A DNA stretch of 61,370 bases, filler included, from Bipalium vagum (taxonomy: Eukaryota): the NCBI GenBank assembly GCA_037834085.1. It is 3 parts of 3 records of this genome, joined end to end, with 100 filler letters (N's around TTAATTAATTAA, not from the genome) between each part and the next. Parts side by side here need not be neighbours in the genome. Positions count along the whole stretch, not along the records: positions 18,585 to 44,185 come from JBBMKC010187627.1; 2 more parts are not named here. One strand, given 5' to 3'. Of the stretch, positions 28,201 to 40,852 are shown in pieces (positions within the stretch are counted from its first letter, which is position 1; each line of letters starts with the position of its first letter). The position numbers were made by a program, and so were the translations under genes. The notes beneath the pieces are model-generated. The model had not been told where the DNA came from, made no database searches, and worked only from the letters and a program-made list of their open reading frames with translations.

Positions 28201-31200
28201 AGTTTAGTTTTTCTGTAAAACTTTATTTCATTGATTTGTTTAATTAATAAAGAAAATCAATTTCAAACCAGATCCTGATATCAACAGTGTAAATAAATCA
28301 AAATTTTATAAATTGTGCATAGATTAGATATAGATAAAATTTCCCAATTACAAATTTAAAATATGCAATTGTATGGTACGTGTTTAAAATATGATCAAAT
28401 TCAAAGTTGTCACTAAAGTATCAGTGGTATTTATTGTGAAATTCGACTAGGTTTGTAATGAGTATCTTAGTTCGATATCAAATAAAGCACCGAAATCCAT
28501 TGATAAATAATGGTATACTGAAGACTTGAGGCAAACATATCTTTATCATACCAACTGCGGGAATGACGCAGAAAAAACTGAGTATTTTAGTTGGAAGTAT
28601 TTCCTCAGATGTCAAATTGTCCAAAGTTGAAATCTTCAGAGAACTGTCTATTCCAAAATTTTCTTCATTGCATAAAATTTTACAAAATAGGAGATCTGGA
28701 ATTTGTATTTACTCAGTTCTATAAAAATCTCAATGTCTGTTATAATTGATGAAATTATAACTTTGATCAAATGTTTTGGCGAAATTGAAAATATTATATC
28801 TCATTTTCATATATTTTTCTCAAAGTAAATTTAAATTGGTTGTAAATGTTTTTTAGTTTGAAAATACTAAACTAGACAATCTCTTGATAAAGACTCAATT
28901 GAAATAGTGAATTTTTTACAGGAGCTCATTGAGTGTTATAAATTGAGTCAACAAACCAAGTCCTCGGAAATTTTAGAAAGTCTAATGAGAGCTTTTCAGA
29001 ATATGGTCCAAGTGGCCAATCGTATTAATGCCCGACAGATGGAAAGAGAGGAACAGATTCGACGATTGCATTTACGAGATGAATTATTCTCCGATATGAT
29101 TTCGCCAATGCTCAATTGTCCAGAACTGGGGAAACCTTATTTAGACGGAGAATTGAAAGTTCCTGGGTGTAAAAATTCCCGCTTGGTTCTCTTGTGCCAA
29201 AATGCGATGATTCTTGCCAAACGATTGGGAACAGGTAAATGGGATATAAAACAAGTGATAAAGGTAGAGACTTTTTGGCAAAAATCATATAAAGAAAACT
29301 ATTCCACTTTTTCAGTGTAATCAAATGATGCTCTTCGAGTATATCCCAAAACAACCATTGGAGTTTCACGTTGTCGATATTAATGATAATAAAAATAAAG
29401 CTACGCTACAAGCTCTAAGTCACGAGGATAAAGAAACGTGGTGCAAAATGATCAAGCAGCTTATCATCAGTACTTTCGAGACAGATTCAATATCCGAAAG
29501 GGCAAAGCGTATTCTTTTGGACAAAAAATCCAATGGTAAGTGATGATAATTATTACGACATTCCTTTATTTTATTAGCTTTAAATTTAATCGACTAAACC
29601 TTATTTGTGTCTAAATTTCAACCAATAAATATAAGATTTAGTTTCTTTAAAATATAGTTTAATTTTAAATTAATTAGCTACCAAAGTTACGGGATTATTA
29701 GGAACATTCAATCAATTAACGAATTGTCTAATAATTAAAATTGTGTTGAATCTAAACTTCAATTAAGCTTCCGGTCTAAGATTAAATATTTCAGACATGA
29801 ATATCCATTTCGTTCAAATTATAAGTCTAACTAATTTAAATTAAATTAATCGAATGACACGATTATTCTTTATTATTATTAATTATTATAGCTTCTTTTA
29901 TTATTTGACCAATTATATTAAATGTTCTTAACAAAATATTTTTGTTAATTAACTTTTTTTTTAATAATCTTAACTTTTTATTTCAATTTTTGTTTTCTCA
30001 GAGCTAAATCAATATAAATTAACATTTTAAATCGATTAAAAATATTCGTGCAGAAAATAAGTTTTAGCTTTTTAATTATTTTGGCAGTAAATTCATATAT
30101 GAAAGTGCTAGGAAAATGTCAAGGAAATTAAAAATGTTTTGAAACTCTTGTTATTGATCATTTGAATATATATAATATACATTAATATCCTTTATAGTTA
30201 TTAAAAAGATCTTTTGATAAATCAATTTGGTTTAATTCAAAAATTTAGCATTTTTGAAGTATAAATAAATATGCAGAAATAAGACACTGATTCTCAAACA
30301 TTTTAGACTCTTGAGTCCTTATAAATTTTTTTTATTGTGGAAATCTAGTTACCAAAAATACTACATAAGTTCAAAAAGTAATATTTATTAGCTTAGGTAT
30401 TTCAACACCATAATTGATATTCTCATAGATTTAATTTACACAAAAATTATCACAAAGCTCAAAATCATGTTCTAAATTTTGAATAAATTTTTCTATTATA
30501 TATAAATTTCCTCAATATCAATTTGATAGTAGTTATGCTATCATGACAAGTTTAAAAGTTTCTCTCTAATATCTTATTTACAAATTTTAATATTAAACAT
30601 ATAAATAACCTAAACATATACATGGTGTCTCATTAATCTATATACAACTTTTTCAGCTTTTGTATTTTGTCATTTTTGCTTAAATGCCCCTAAATTTTTA
30701 CAGTAGATAGAAGAAAGTAATCAGTTTTTAAATATATATGCAGTGATAGCCATTAAATGGTACTCATATTAGAAAATCAATATGTATATTTGTAAATTGA
30801 CAAAATCGTTTTGTTTTTAATAATTTTTAGATTATCTCATTATGCTTATTTTAGTTTTATGGCATCTGGCAACTTTTTAAAAAATATTTATATACCAAGA
30901 CAGTTTAATAACAACTGAGATAAAGGAAAAATGATTATGATTCTAAAATTTACTTTTATTTATATTTTGGGTCTATTACGGATATAAATTTTGTTAAAGA
31001 ACTCGACGAATTGTCAGGGAACTCAGCTGAGAATCCTTGGAATAAGGAAATGTTTTTAAAATAAATATTGAAGTCATAAATAGTAAAAAATTATTCTAAG
31101 TTTATCGAATAGTTTTTTCGTATCTTTATGTTTTTTTCAGATTATTTCAGTGTTATTATATTGTATGTTGATAAATGAAAAATGAGTCTCTTGTCTAAAT

Positions 31201-34200
31201 TTATATTTACTGGAATATTATTTAGGTAACTTCTACTTAGTTTTTAACAAATTAAAATCAAATTTATTAATCTAACGCAATATTCTCTATATTAACAATG
31301 TCCATGTACGCCTCGAAATTTTTTCTTACTGAAATTCGAAATACGAATGGTTTAGAATATCATATCTTGTCTGAAAAAAGGTTAAATCTCGTTTTTCACT
31401 TCCAGGATACTTCAGAACATAGTAGCTTAGAAATTCAACTCTCACAGTATCTTAATAAAATGACAGAAAAGTACTTATTGAAAACTTGAAACTGAGAAAC
31501 TAATCAGGAGGCATTATATAAAATAAATTAATTAAGTATTTGATAGCCAGGTGATTTTCTTTAAAAATTTATCAATTTTAAATTTAATAAAATCTTTTAT
31601 TGATCTCGGTTAATTGTTACCATTTTAAGTTTCATTAATTTTTAAAAATTTTCTAAGGTGATTTCTGGAAGAATAACTTGTGATTTCCACGTCAAGTTGT
31701 GGCTGCCATTCTCATTTCAGATATGTTCAGCACAACGTGTTTGTGTGAAATACTGTTTTAAGCTAAACAAAATATGTGAATCGAAAAATGTGTTTCTTAA
31801 TGCAAACTTATATATAGAATATTGATTGGTATTCAGAAAAAAAACGTAGGCTCTTTTCAGAATACATAATTAGCTTTTCTGAATTTATTTATATAAACAA
31901 TATTTATTTGTCTTTAATATTTAGTACGGTCCATACAAATGCAATTTTACGAAAAATTCTTAATATATTATATTGAATATTATTTATTTATTTCAATATA
32001 ATATATACCGCCACAGATTATTTATTTAAAATTTTTTTTTAATTTATTACTCCACTAACCCAATTAATGTCGTTTGTTATTCTTTAGAACAAAATTATTT
32101 AATGAAATATTGTTTTAAGCAAATAACTATTTTTCTCTATCTTTTCAGTTTTAGCACAAAACCAGTCTTCCAATAAAGATGTATTGGACAAATTTTATAT
32201 CAGTCTTAATCAAGAAGACGACCTACTGGATTATGAATCTAGCTGTCGGCGAATGCTCGACCCCATTTCCAGTCCCCTTTTCATATCAGCCAAAAGTAAA
32301 AGTATTCAAAGACGGAATAGTGTTGGTGCTATCAAATCTGAATCGAAAATAAATTTCCGTGATCCTAGTATTTATCAGTGGTCATCAAGAAAACAGTTTT
32401 ACAATAACGATGACATCGATTGTCGCTCAATTATGATCGATGTTAATGAAGAAAACCTTTGCGAAAGAAATGGTCAAGGCAAACATCCGATTGAGAAAAA
32501 ACAACTAGACGAACAATATAAAAATTATATCACTAAATCGAAGAATGGGCTGCATTCAACTGAAGCAACAACCAAAACAGAAATACTGTTAAAACCATTA
32601 CAAATAAAACATGAACCCATTGATAACTCAAATTGTCTTATCGGCGAAATGGAATTGGCTTCACTTTGTTCCGAACCGGATTTAGATTCTGTTGCCAGTG
32701 ACACTACAACAAGCAATCAGCACAGGCGGAAGGTAGGTTGTAATAACTATTTTTAAACTGCTTTTTTCTATGAAAAAAATGTGCAAAAGTGATATTTATT
32801 GCCTTTTACTTTCTTAGAGTACATCGATGGATCGCAATTTTGGTATTTCGCTGTATGCCAAAGCGAATTCATTTACCAACAGTATTGATAACGGAAATCC
32901 TCCTGGAGAATTTATCAATAGCTCAAACAGAAAAATGCCGTTATTTTCCAGCGTTCGGGAAACAAAGTCGACCAGAAGTAACAGTGATTGGGGATCATTA
33001 TTTGATATGGAGATAAAATCAGGACTTGTAAAAAAGTATTTATTATTTGCTTTTAGTGTTGTGCTTTTGAAAAAGAAATAACTTCATTACTTATGTCGAA
33101 AGATATTTTTTATAGTATTTGAAACTTTTTAATGCTCTATTAATCAGTAAAACAACAATAATAATTTAACATCAAATCTTCATTCTATTTTCAAATGTTA
33201 TGATTAGTCAAATATTTTTAAAAATATTATTATTAGAAATACATAATTCCTTACAAATAACGATACCACTGTAAAATGGAGGTTTTTATACTTGGTTTTA
33301 TTATTATTTCATATTTAACATGATTAATTGATTTATTAAAAGCCTGGAGTTAATAGGTTGTAACATAACTTTTCGTGGTTTTATTATTTTATGCTTTTCT
33401 TTTACGTTATATTTATTTAATACTAAATACATTTATTTGCAAAAAAAATTCTGCTTTACAAAAGTACAGTAAAATTTTATATCATTTTATTTAATTTTCA
33501 CAGTTTTAATATGCAATGCCAATTTGATCAAAAACATGATTTCCGTCACCTGTTGCTATTTTATTTTAATCGAAGTCAGAAAATTTCAGAAGCTGTTATC
33601 CAGGAAATTCGTAATGTATACGGAAAACATATTTTGGTTTGGACTACTGCAAAATAGTGCTACGAGAAAATCAAAAATGCTTATTTAACTTTGAAAGACA
33701 CTTCGTATACAGGTAAGCATCAATTTTGATGATGACCAATTGATTTCACTTGTGAAAGAAGACGACCGTCAAATATATATATTTGTTTCAGAGGATGAAG
33801 AAACAAATCATCACGGAAGGTGAAAAATGATGTTTGAGGCATGGAAAGGAGGATGGTTAACACCTTGCAAAGCAGCGCGCAGAATTAAAAAAAGATTTGT
33901 ATTCAAAGAAAATAATCTCACTTTTGTGGAATTTGTTGAGTCTCACGGAAATAAAACACAAAAACTATACAGTCAACAGGCACCTATACATGAATCAATT
34001 GTGTTTAGAAAACGATTTTATGAAAGAAAAAAGACAGTCAAAGTCACTCTTCTCCATGAAAACTCGAGATCGCAGACAGGAAATATCATCAAAACTATCC
34101 TCCAAGCTCTTCAACACCATCTGATTGCCCAGACCTTCTGGCAACAGATTTTTAAGCAAAGGAAAAGTTGTGATGTAGTAACACTTAACGACCGTAGATT

Positions 34201-35717
34201 TACAATAGTACATTTATAAATGATAAAATTTAAGTTGAATTAGTAGTAAACCACGAATTGTGGTAAAACGTGTCCCATAGGTAGTTTTTATTGATTATTT
34301 TAAAACTTGCTGAAAATATAAAACCACCATCAAGATAGTTAACTGCTTCCTTCATTCAAACTTAATAATTTGAAACTCTATCGACCACCCTTTTTAAATT
34401 CCTGAATTTCGGCTTTTAGCAAGATCAAAACAGAAGTTCAACATATGAATTTTTATTTCATTCCTAAAAAACTTTAAAACACTTGATAAAAATATTAATT
34501 GTTTTTATTCCTGTAATTACTAAAAGAGATATTGAATCTTAATGTGTGAATTTAATGTTTTCATGTCACTTCTGCCTTTCATCAGAATGTGGATGTTTAC
34601 AAGTGATTAATAAAAAATTTCTAAATCTGGCCTCAAATCTGAGCTGTTTAGAAATTAATTTAAGAATAACGATTTTTCAGATATTGATTATTTCAATTGG
34701 GTTGATAGCTTATTATATAGGAAATATCACTAGTTTTATTTTCTGTGGGAATATTTTAAAACGAAAGTATACTTAAGAAACAGTTTCGAAAGGTTTAAGA
34801 TGTTTAATGGACAATGTCTAGGAAAGTCATTAAGTTTTAATAAAATTTATTTTCTTTTTCTGTCTTTTTTCCAGAAATCATTTTTAAATCCTGGTAGTTA
34901 TTTTTATCATATGAATTTATATAAAAAAAATAAACGTCCTTGTTATTATACATTGTTATGATGTGGAAGATATTTCTATTATTTTCATATTGTTGATATT
35001 TTCAAATATAAAATATCTGATTACAGTGCTGTTTTATTGATTTGTTTTCATTTTGAGTACCTGGGCTCTCAGAGTTCATCATTTAATAAATTATCTTTCT
35101 ATGGTTATAAAGGATGAAACATTGTGTAAATTATTTATCGATAAATGCTTCATTTTGCTCTAAATTAACTCAGAAATTAAGCATTAATTGATGAATTCAA
35201 ATGATTCAGGTTTTTTAAGGCGTCGGTAAAATTAGCCAAACGAGATAAGAACAAGCTCAATATAACGCCACCTTTGGATAATAACACTGTAAAATATTTG
35301 AATCCTAACTCTCCGTGCAAATCTTCTGGTAACTCAGACTCCAAACGATTTATCAATAAATCTAATTCCATCGATCACATAGTGCAGTCATCAAATTGTC
35401 TTCAAAGATCGAGTTCTTCGAAGAAAAACAATATCGCACAAGGCTCTATTTCTCCGGTAACTTCATCTAATGAATATGAATTACAAATAGACGACCCAGA
35501 CAGACCGGTGAAGCCTCCAAGACAATTATCTCAATTTAGAATTGAAATGTTCGACAAGATGAACACGTTATCGAACGATCGTTTTAAAATGAATGTATGC
35601 AACCCTAAAGCGAAAACCACTCCAAAAGAATCACCTGTATCACATTCACAAACCCAGGACTCCCCGAATCTGGGCAAAGTGAAGGATTTAGTATCGATGT
35701 TCCAATCAGATAATTAG
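25258..35717 (+). CDS. PLEKHG1/2/3-like DH-PH Rho guanine nucleotide exchange factor (9 exons; start codon uncertain)
   Basis: Phase-consistent GT-AG exons: 25258-25613, 26223-26314, 27310-27441, 27488-27641, 28922-29263, 29316-29535, 32149-32732, 32818-33035, 35210-35717. DH motifs VVRELIETEKVYLNSL, IFSNW, YTEYCTNY and LGHQLPLSTFLLKPVQRILKYHLMLK; PH domain ELGKPYLDGEL...KETWCKMIKQLII; C-terminus GKVKDLVSMFQ. Confidence 0.9.
28053..28160 (-). mobile_element. mariner 3' end with TIR (intronic)
   Basis: TTAGGCGTACAAG (Mos1-like TIR); minus strand reads VDSDGNYFE*. Confidence 0.6.
33353..34140 (+). mobile_element. Decayed mariner transposon (RhoGEF intron)
   Basis: TAGGTTGTAACATAAC TIR; MQCQFDQKHDFRHLLLFYFNRSQKISEA and VTLLHENSRSQT motifs. 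Confidence 0.75.
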
Positions 35718-38228
35718 TCTTTCATTGAAGCTGTCGTGTCTACTGCATTTGACCTGATATATTTGTATTTGTGGATTGAGTCAACCTGAGATGAGAGCAC
35801 CAAAGGGATCTGAGAAGCGCTTTTATAATCTCTGATTGTTTATAAGAAAAATAGATTCAGATGTATACATGAACTTAAATTTTTTTCAAATAAATATCTT
35901 TTACACTGTCAAATTTTCTTTTTTGCTGTATTATTAAACGGACAAAAAAATGATGTTTATAGTTTTGTTTTTAATTTCATTTTTTGGATTCGTTGAAAGT
36001 TAATATTATTATTTTCAAATAAAAATTTATTTTATTTTTATCTTCAGTTCAAAGATAACAAATCGTTTACGTTGTTAACGAGACACCTCTGATTTGAAGT
36101 GATACATTATTAATTTTTTTTCTAAGGAATATACAATGTGATTTTGCTACTTAATAATAGTTTTTATTCAAAATAAAATCTGTTCTCTAAAAGTTGAAGT
36201 TAGTTCATATTACCCTCTTAATACGACGCTGAATCGGTATTGAAGAATAAACAACGTTTAATCAAATCGATAAAATTATCGAGTGAGAGCCAGTTTTTGT
36301 ATTAAATAGTTTTATTTTGATTGGTTCGCCAAATGAATTGACGATGAAGTATTGATAAAATAGTTACCGAGGTTAAAAATAGACTGAAATAAAGGAATAA
36401 TAATTTCCTTAATGTCAATTCCTAAATTGTTTACTTTTGTTTATAAGAGGATGACCGGGTTGGTAATAAATTGCCAAAACATGACAAAGTCGGTAGTACT
36501 AAAGAGAATGAAGTCATTTGTTTTGTCGACAAAATCCGAAACTGTTACTATTTTCAGCATAAAAATTTTTTTGTTTTAACATTTTGAAATCGTTAATGTT
36601 GATCAGAAGAATCATTTGTTTGATTTTCAAGGTATTTATTTAATTTATTCTCAATAAGAGCATGAATTATAAATGGATTCTGTCAGTTTTGGTCGTTTAT
36701 TGTTGAACCAACCGGACTTAACTAATGATTCATTATTTTCTCTTTGCAAGAGTTTCGTTTTTGTATTTTTTTATTTTATAAATTAATTATTCATTAAAAT
36801 CATTTCTTGAATTTGATTCATTTAACTTTTGATTATAATAATAATTATTATGTTGCATTTTTATATAATTTTATTGACAACTTTGATTATTGTTCCTTTT
36901 GAACATTTGATCTTGATTTGCGAGAAACTTGTTTATTGAGATTTTATTGTGTGTTTATTAATCGAGGAATTGTGAAGAAATATAACCTGTAATATTAATT
37001 ACCAAATGTTTCTTTTATAACGAAACAATGGAGATAATACCAAAATACCTTTCGACAAAAACATTAACGAACAAGGAAACATTTATAAAAACTGGAGTTG
37101 ATTTTATTTGCTAATTTTAATTCTTAAGTTTAATATTTCTTAAAATGAAACTTATTTTATGTGATGATTAAACAATCGTGTCGATTTTCAGTAAATCCTT
37201 CGTTTGAATATCTAATTTTTGACTGAAAGATTTCATTAATAAATAATTGAATAAAAAGAAAAATTGAAAATAAGATTAAATAAGGGCTTCATGAATAATG
37301 AAATATGAATTCATTAAGTAATTAGATCTTGATTAATAATTAATTTAATTAAGTGGGCTATGAGGAAAATAGAGATCAAGTGAATCACTTTAATTTCAGT
37401 GAAATTTGAAACTATGAGATCAGTAACCCATCTGGTGTCTATTCAAATAATATTTTATTTTTACTTTTTTCTTGAGTCATTTGTTTCCTGTCATCTAAAA
37501 CGTTATTCTTATTAGAGGAATTCTATACTTACCTTCGAAATAAGAGGTAACAGGTTTAATATTATTATAATCAATTCCTAAAATCATTATTACTGAAATC
37601 GGGTTTTGTACCTTTGACAAACCCAACATATTTCAGTAAAAAATTTAAATTAATAGCATCATAATTATTAATAGGATTTGTAATATTTATATTCATATAC
37701 TTAACGTCTTTCATTATATCTCCTGTTACATTTAAAATTTTATTTTTTGATTTCTTTTGTTGGCGCAACTCTTATCAAGCACAGCTGACCTACGCTGAGG
37801 TTGCTGTGGGTCTATCTAAAGAGCTCGTAACAAAAGCAAAAAACAACTATTCAAAAATGTATTGATAAAATGATGGTAAGACCCATTTAATTACACAAAC
37901 AATCGGCATTCAAACTAAAACAACAAACTGCACAGGCAGTCCACAATCAACAATCTTTAATTAAAAAGCTGTGCCAGGGAGAACCCTGGTCAGCAAGATA
38001 AAATTACCACAATAAAACACCTTTTATTTGGCAATTTTCTGGGCGAAAAATAATGAATTTTCGCTGGCTTATATACTATTTTATTGTTCATTTTAGCATC
38101 TCTCATTGGTCAGTTAAGCTGTCAATTATGACGTGCTTTCTATATTTAATTATTACTAAAAATTATAATATTATATTATTACTAATATTATAAATTCATG
38201 CTACTGACTAAAAATCAGTAGTGGATAC

Positions 38229-38312
38229 TGTTAGTGAAAATTAATCGGAGATACCTGAATTTGAACCCGGGACCTTCACATGCGCATGCACTGCTCTGAC
38301 CGCTGAGCTACA
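38229..38312 (-). mobile_element. Isolated tRNA-Ala-derived LTR of the TRIM family at 40558-40852
   Basis: Minus strand TGTAGCTCAGCGGTCAGAGCAGTGCATGCGCATGTGAAGGTCCCGGGTTCAAATTCAGGTATCTCCGATTAATTTTCACTAACA (84 bp), preceded by GGGGT. Same TG...CA ends as the two LTRs of the full element. Confidence 0.8.
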
Positions 38313-38822
38313 ACCCCAACTAACTTTCAATTTATCTCAGATACTATTTAAAATTTATTATAATTTTAGGATAACATGCTACTGATTAAAAATCAGTAGT
38401 TGCTCCTAAAATAATATTTAAAATTTATTTAATTAATTTTAAATTAATTAAAATTCATAATTTTAAATTACTCCGCGTACTAATTAAATTTTATTTTTCG
38501 CCAAAATTTTATTTACAGAGATTATAAGGTAAGAGTGGAATCTCAACACTTTCGAATAAAATCTATTTCTTCTTTTTTGTTAAATTTATAACAAGTAGTA
38601 AGAATACAAACTTTCATCTTTCTCCTTATTAATGGTTGGTGTTAATGAAAGAAAAACAATCTGCTCGACAATTAAACTTTATTAACACAAAGGTAATACA
38701 ATACTCGAATGTCACACAATCACCAATTCAAATAAATCAATAGTTACTCGAAACCACTACAAAAAAATTTTATCTTTAATGTTTTGTTTTAGTTTCAATA
38801 TTAAACATTTTACCTTTAATTT

Positions 38823-39074
38823 TTATGCAATAAATTGTTCATGCAATTTAAATATTTTATTGTTTTTAAATGTATTATCTTTTAATATATGTAAAGTTAC
38901 TATAGCTTCGTTTATACATAATTCTTCGTCCTGATCTTTTAAATCAAAACAAAATACTGAATATGATTTTTGAAATTCTAATAAAGATAAAGACCTCAAA
39001 GGAATGCAATTCACTACCATAATTAGTATGTGAACTGCTAATACAAAAAAGTTGCTTCTGAAATGAAGAGACAA
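38823..39074 (-). pseudogene. Possible Polinton/Maverick major capsid C-terminal remnant
   Basis: LSLLEFQKSYSVFCFDLKDQDEEL resembles the (L)xxxEFxxxYxxFxFDL motif recalled from Polinton capsid proteins. Recognition from memory, not from a search. Confidence 0.3.
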
Positions 39075-40557
39075 ACAAAAAAAGATTATATGATTTTAGG
39101 CCTAAACCCTAACATTTATTTATAAAAATTTAATTACATAATTGTGTAATTCTCAAGAATTACCAATCGAATATTTTATTTGAAGTTAATTATTTATTTA
39201 AAGTTAGTTATGTAACTCGTAAGAATTACCAATTTACTAGATAATAATAATTTTATAATAAATATTAAAAGAATACTTGTTAATTGTTTAACAATATATT
39301 CCAAATTATAAATAAGAAATATCAATTTACAATTAAAAATTCTATCTGATATAATTTCTGTTTTCTAAAATTTCTGCAGTCTCGTCTAAGTGGAAATATC
39401 CAATATTTATATCAAAATTTTTGGCTTGATCTGATTGTGATATTTAACTGATTATTCTGTACTCTGGTGTGATTGTGACAGTTTATTTTTAACTATTTTT
39501 TCTGGCGAGATCTTGTTAAAATTTTGTACTTATATACATAATTTTTTACTGTTAATTTTATAAATACTAATTAATACTTTTCTTAATTAATAATTTATAT
39601 TCATTTTTTATACATATTTACTAATAATAAATTTAATATTTCATATTTTCATAAAATCTATTTTTAGTAATTCCTACTTACTATTTTTTTTGCAATATTT
39701 TTATATATTTTGTTTTAATGCGTATATTTTTGTACAATAATAATAATCACAATTATTTATTTATATTTTATTTGATTTTTCATTTTATATGTATTTTTTC
39801 TTTACAAAACTTTTGGGAACAAATTCCTTTACATAAAAATCAAAGATATTAAAAAATTCAATGAACCACATTTTTTATTAACATAAAATATTGTCAAATG
39901 TATTATAAGTCACAAAATATATTTGTCAAATTGTCATTTCGAGGATTTATGAAGTCTCCACAATCGGATTTTCTACAATGTAATACGCTTAAGGTAGTCT
40001 ACGCATTAACCACTTGAATAAATAAACAAATGAGAATAAATCCAAAAAAACCTTTTGATAATAGACATGGTAATCTAATTGAATTGTGACATAACCTAAC
40101 TAAAGTTAAAGAAAGCATCGCTCTAATCATACTATATCAGAGCGACCATCAATTCTAAAGAGGAACTCCATGATCTTGATCTTATTACCATCTAAATCTA
40201 GCATGGAGCTATTTTTTTAATACCAATGTTTCATGAAATCAGGATTTCACCTCTACAAAGATATGGAGAAAATGGACCAATGAATATTCAGGTTTTGTAA
40301 AATTGCAAAGTAAAAAGGAAAAGGTGAAAATCTTAGATTAGCCTTTAAACTATTCACATAAAATGTGAAAAGAAACTGTATATCAGCTATACTTTTACCT
40401 TTCACTGGTGTAGACTTCAGATGGAATTACACTGAAAATGTAATGCAAGACCTAAAATCAATTCTGAAGGGTAATTCCACGACCTCGGTTCTTTTCAGTA
40501 ATCTAAAAACTAACTTTGAGACATTGGTTCTACACTATCAGAAATCGGTATCGTACC

Positions 40558-40852
40558 TGTTAGTGAAAATTAGTCGGAGATACCGGTATTCGAAATCGGG
40601 ACCTTCACACGCATGCTCTGCTCTGACCGCTGAGCTACATCCCCCTGCCTTAAAGCTCACATCCATACCCTTAACCGCCCCGAGTCTCTTTACTTCCATT
40701 TCCATTCAATTCCTTTACAATTTTACTTCCGAGTCCTCGTCCGCTGGTTGTTGTCCTGGTGTGGTCGCCATGTTAGTGAAAATTAATCGGATATACCGGG
40801 ATTCGAACCCGGAATCTTCACATGCGCATGCACTGCTCTGACCGCTGATACA
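40558..40852 (-). mobile_element. TRIM (non-autonomous miniature LTR retrotransposon) with tRNA-Ala-derived LTRs
   Basis: 5' LTR 40852-40771 and 3' LTR 40639-40558 (both TG...CA, 82 bp, 8 substitutions and 2 small indels apart). PBS TGGCGACCACACCAGGAC at 40770-40753 abuts the 5' LTR; PPT AAGGCAGGGGGA at 40651-40640 abuts the 3' LTR; 131-bp internal region. No TSD seen. Confidence 0.85.
40753..40770 (-). promoter_or_regulatory. Primer-binding site complementary to a tRNA 3' end (probably tRNA-Arg)
   Basis: The + strand reads GTCCTGG-TGTGGTC-G-CCA, i.e. T-stem, acceptor strand, discriminator and CCA, like eukaryotic tRNA-Arg(UCG) 3' ends (...GGTCGCCA). Confidence 0.75.

Noticed and set aside
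38229-40852. Three functional tRNA-Ala genes
   Set aside because: The anticodon arms lack a canonical 5-bp stem and 7-nt loop, the copies share an 18-nt non-tRNA tail ending in CA, and two of them flank a PBS and PPT. They are better explained as LTRs.
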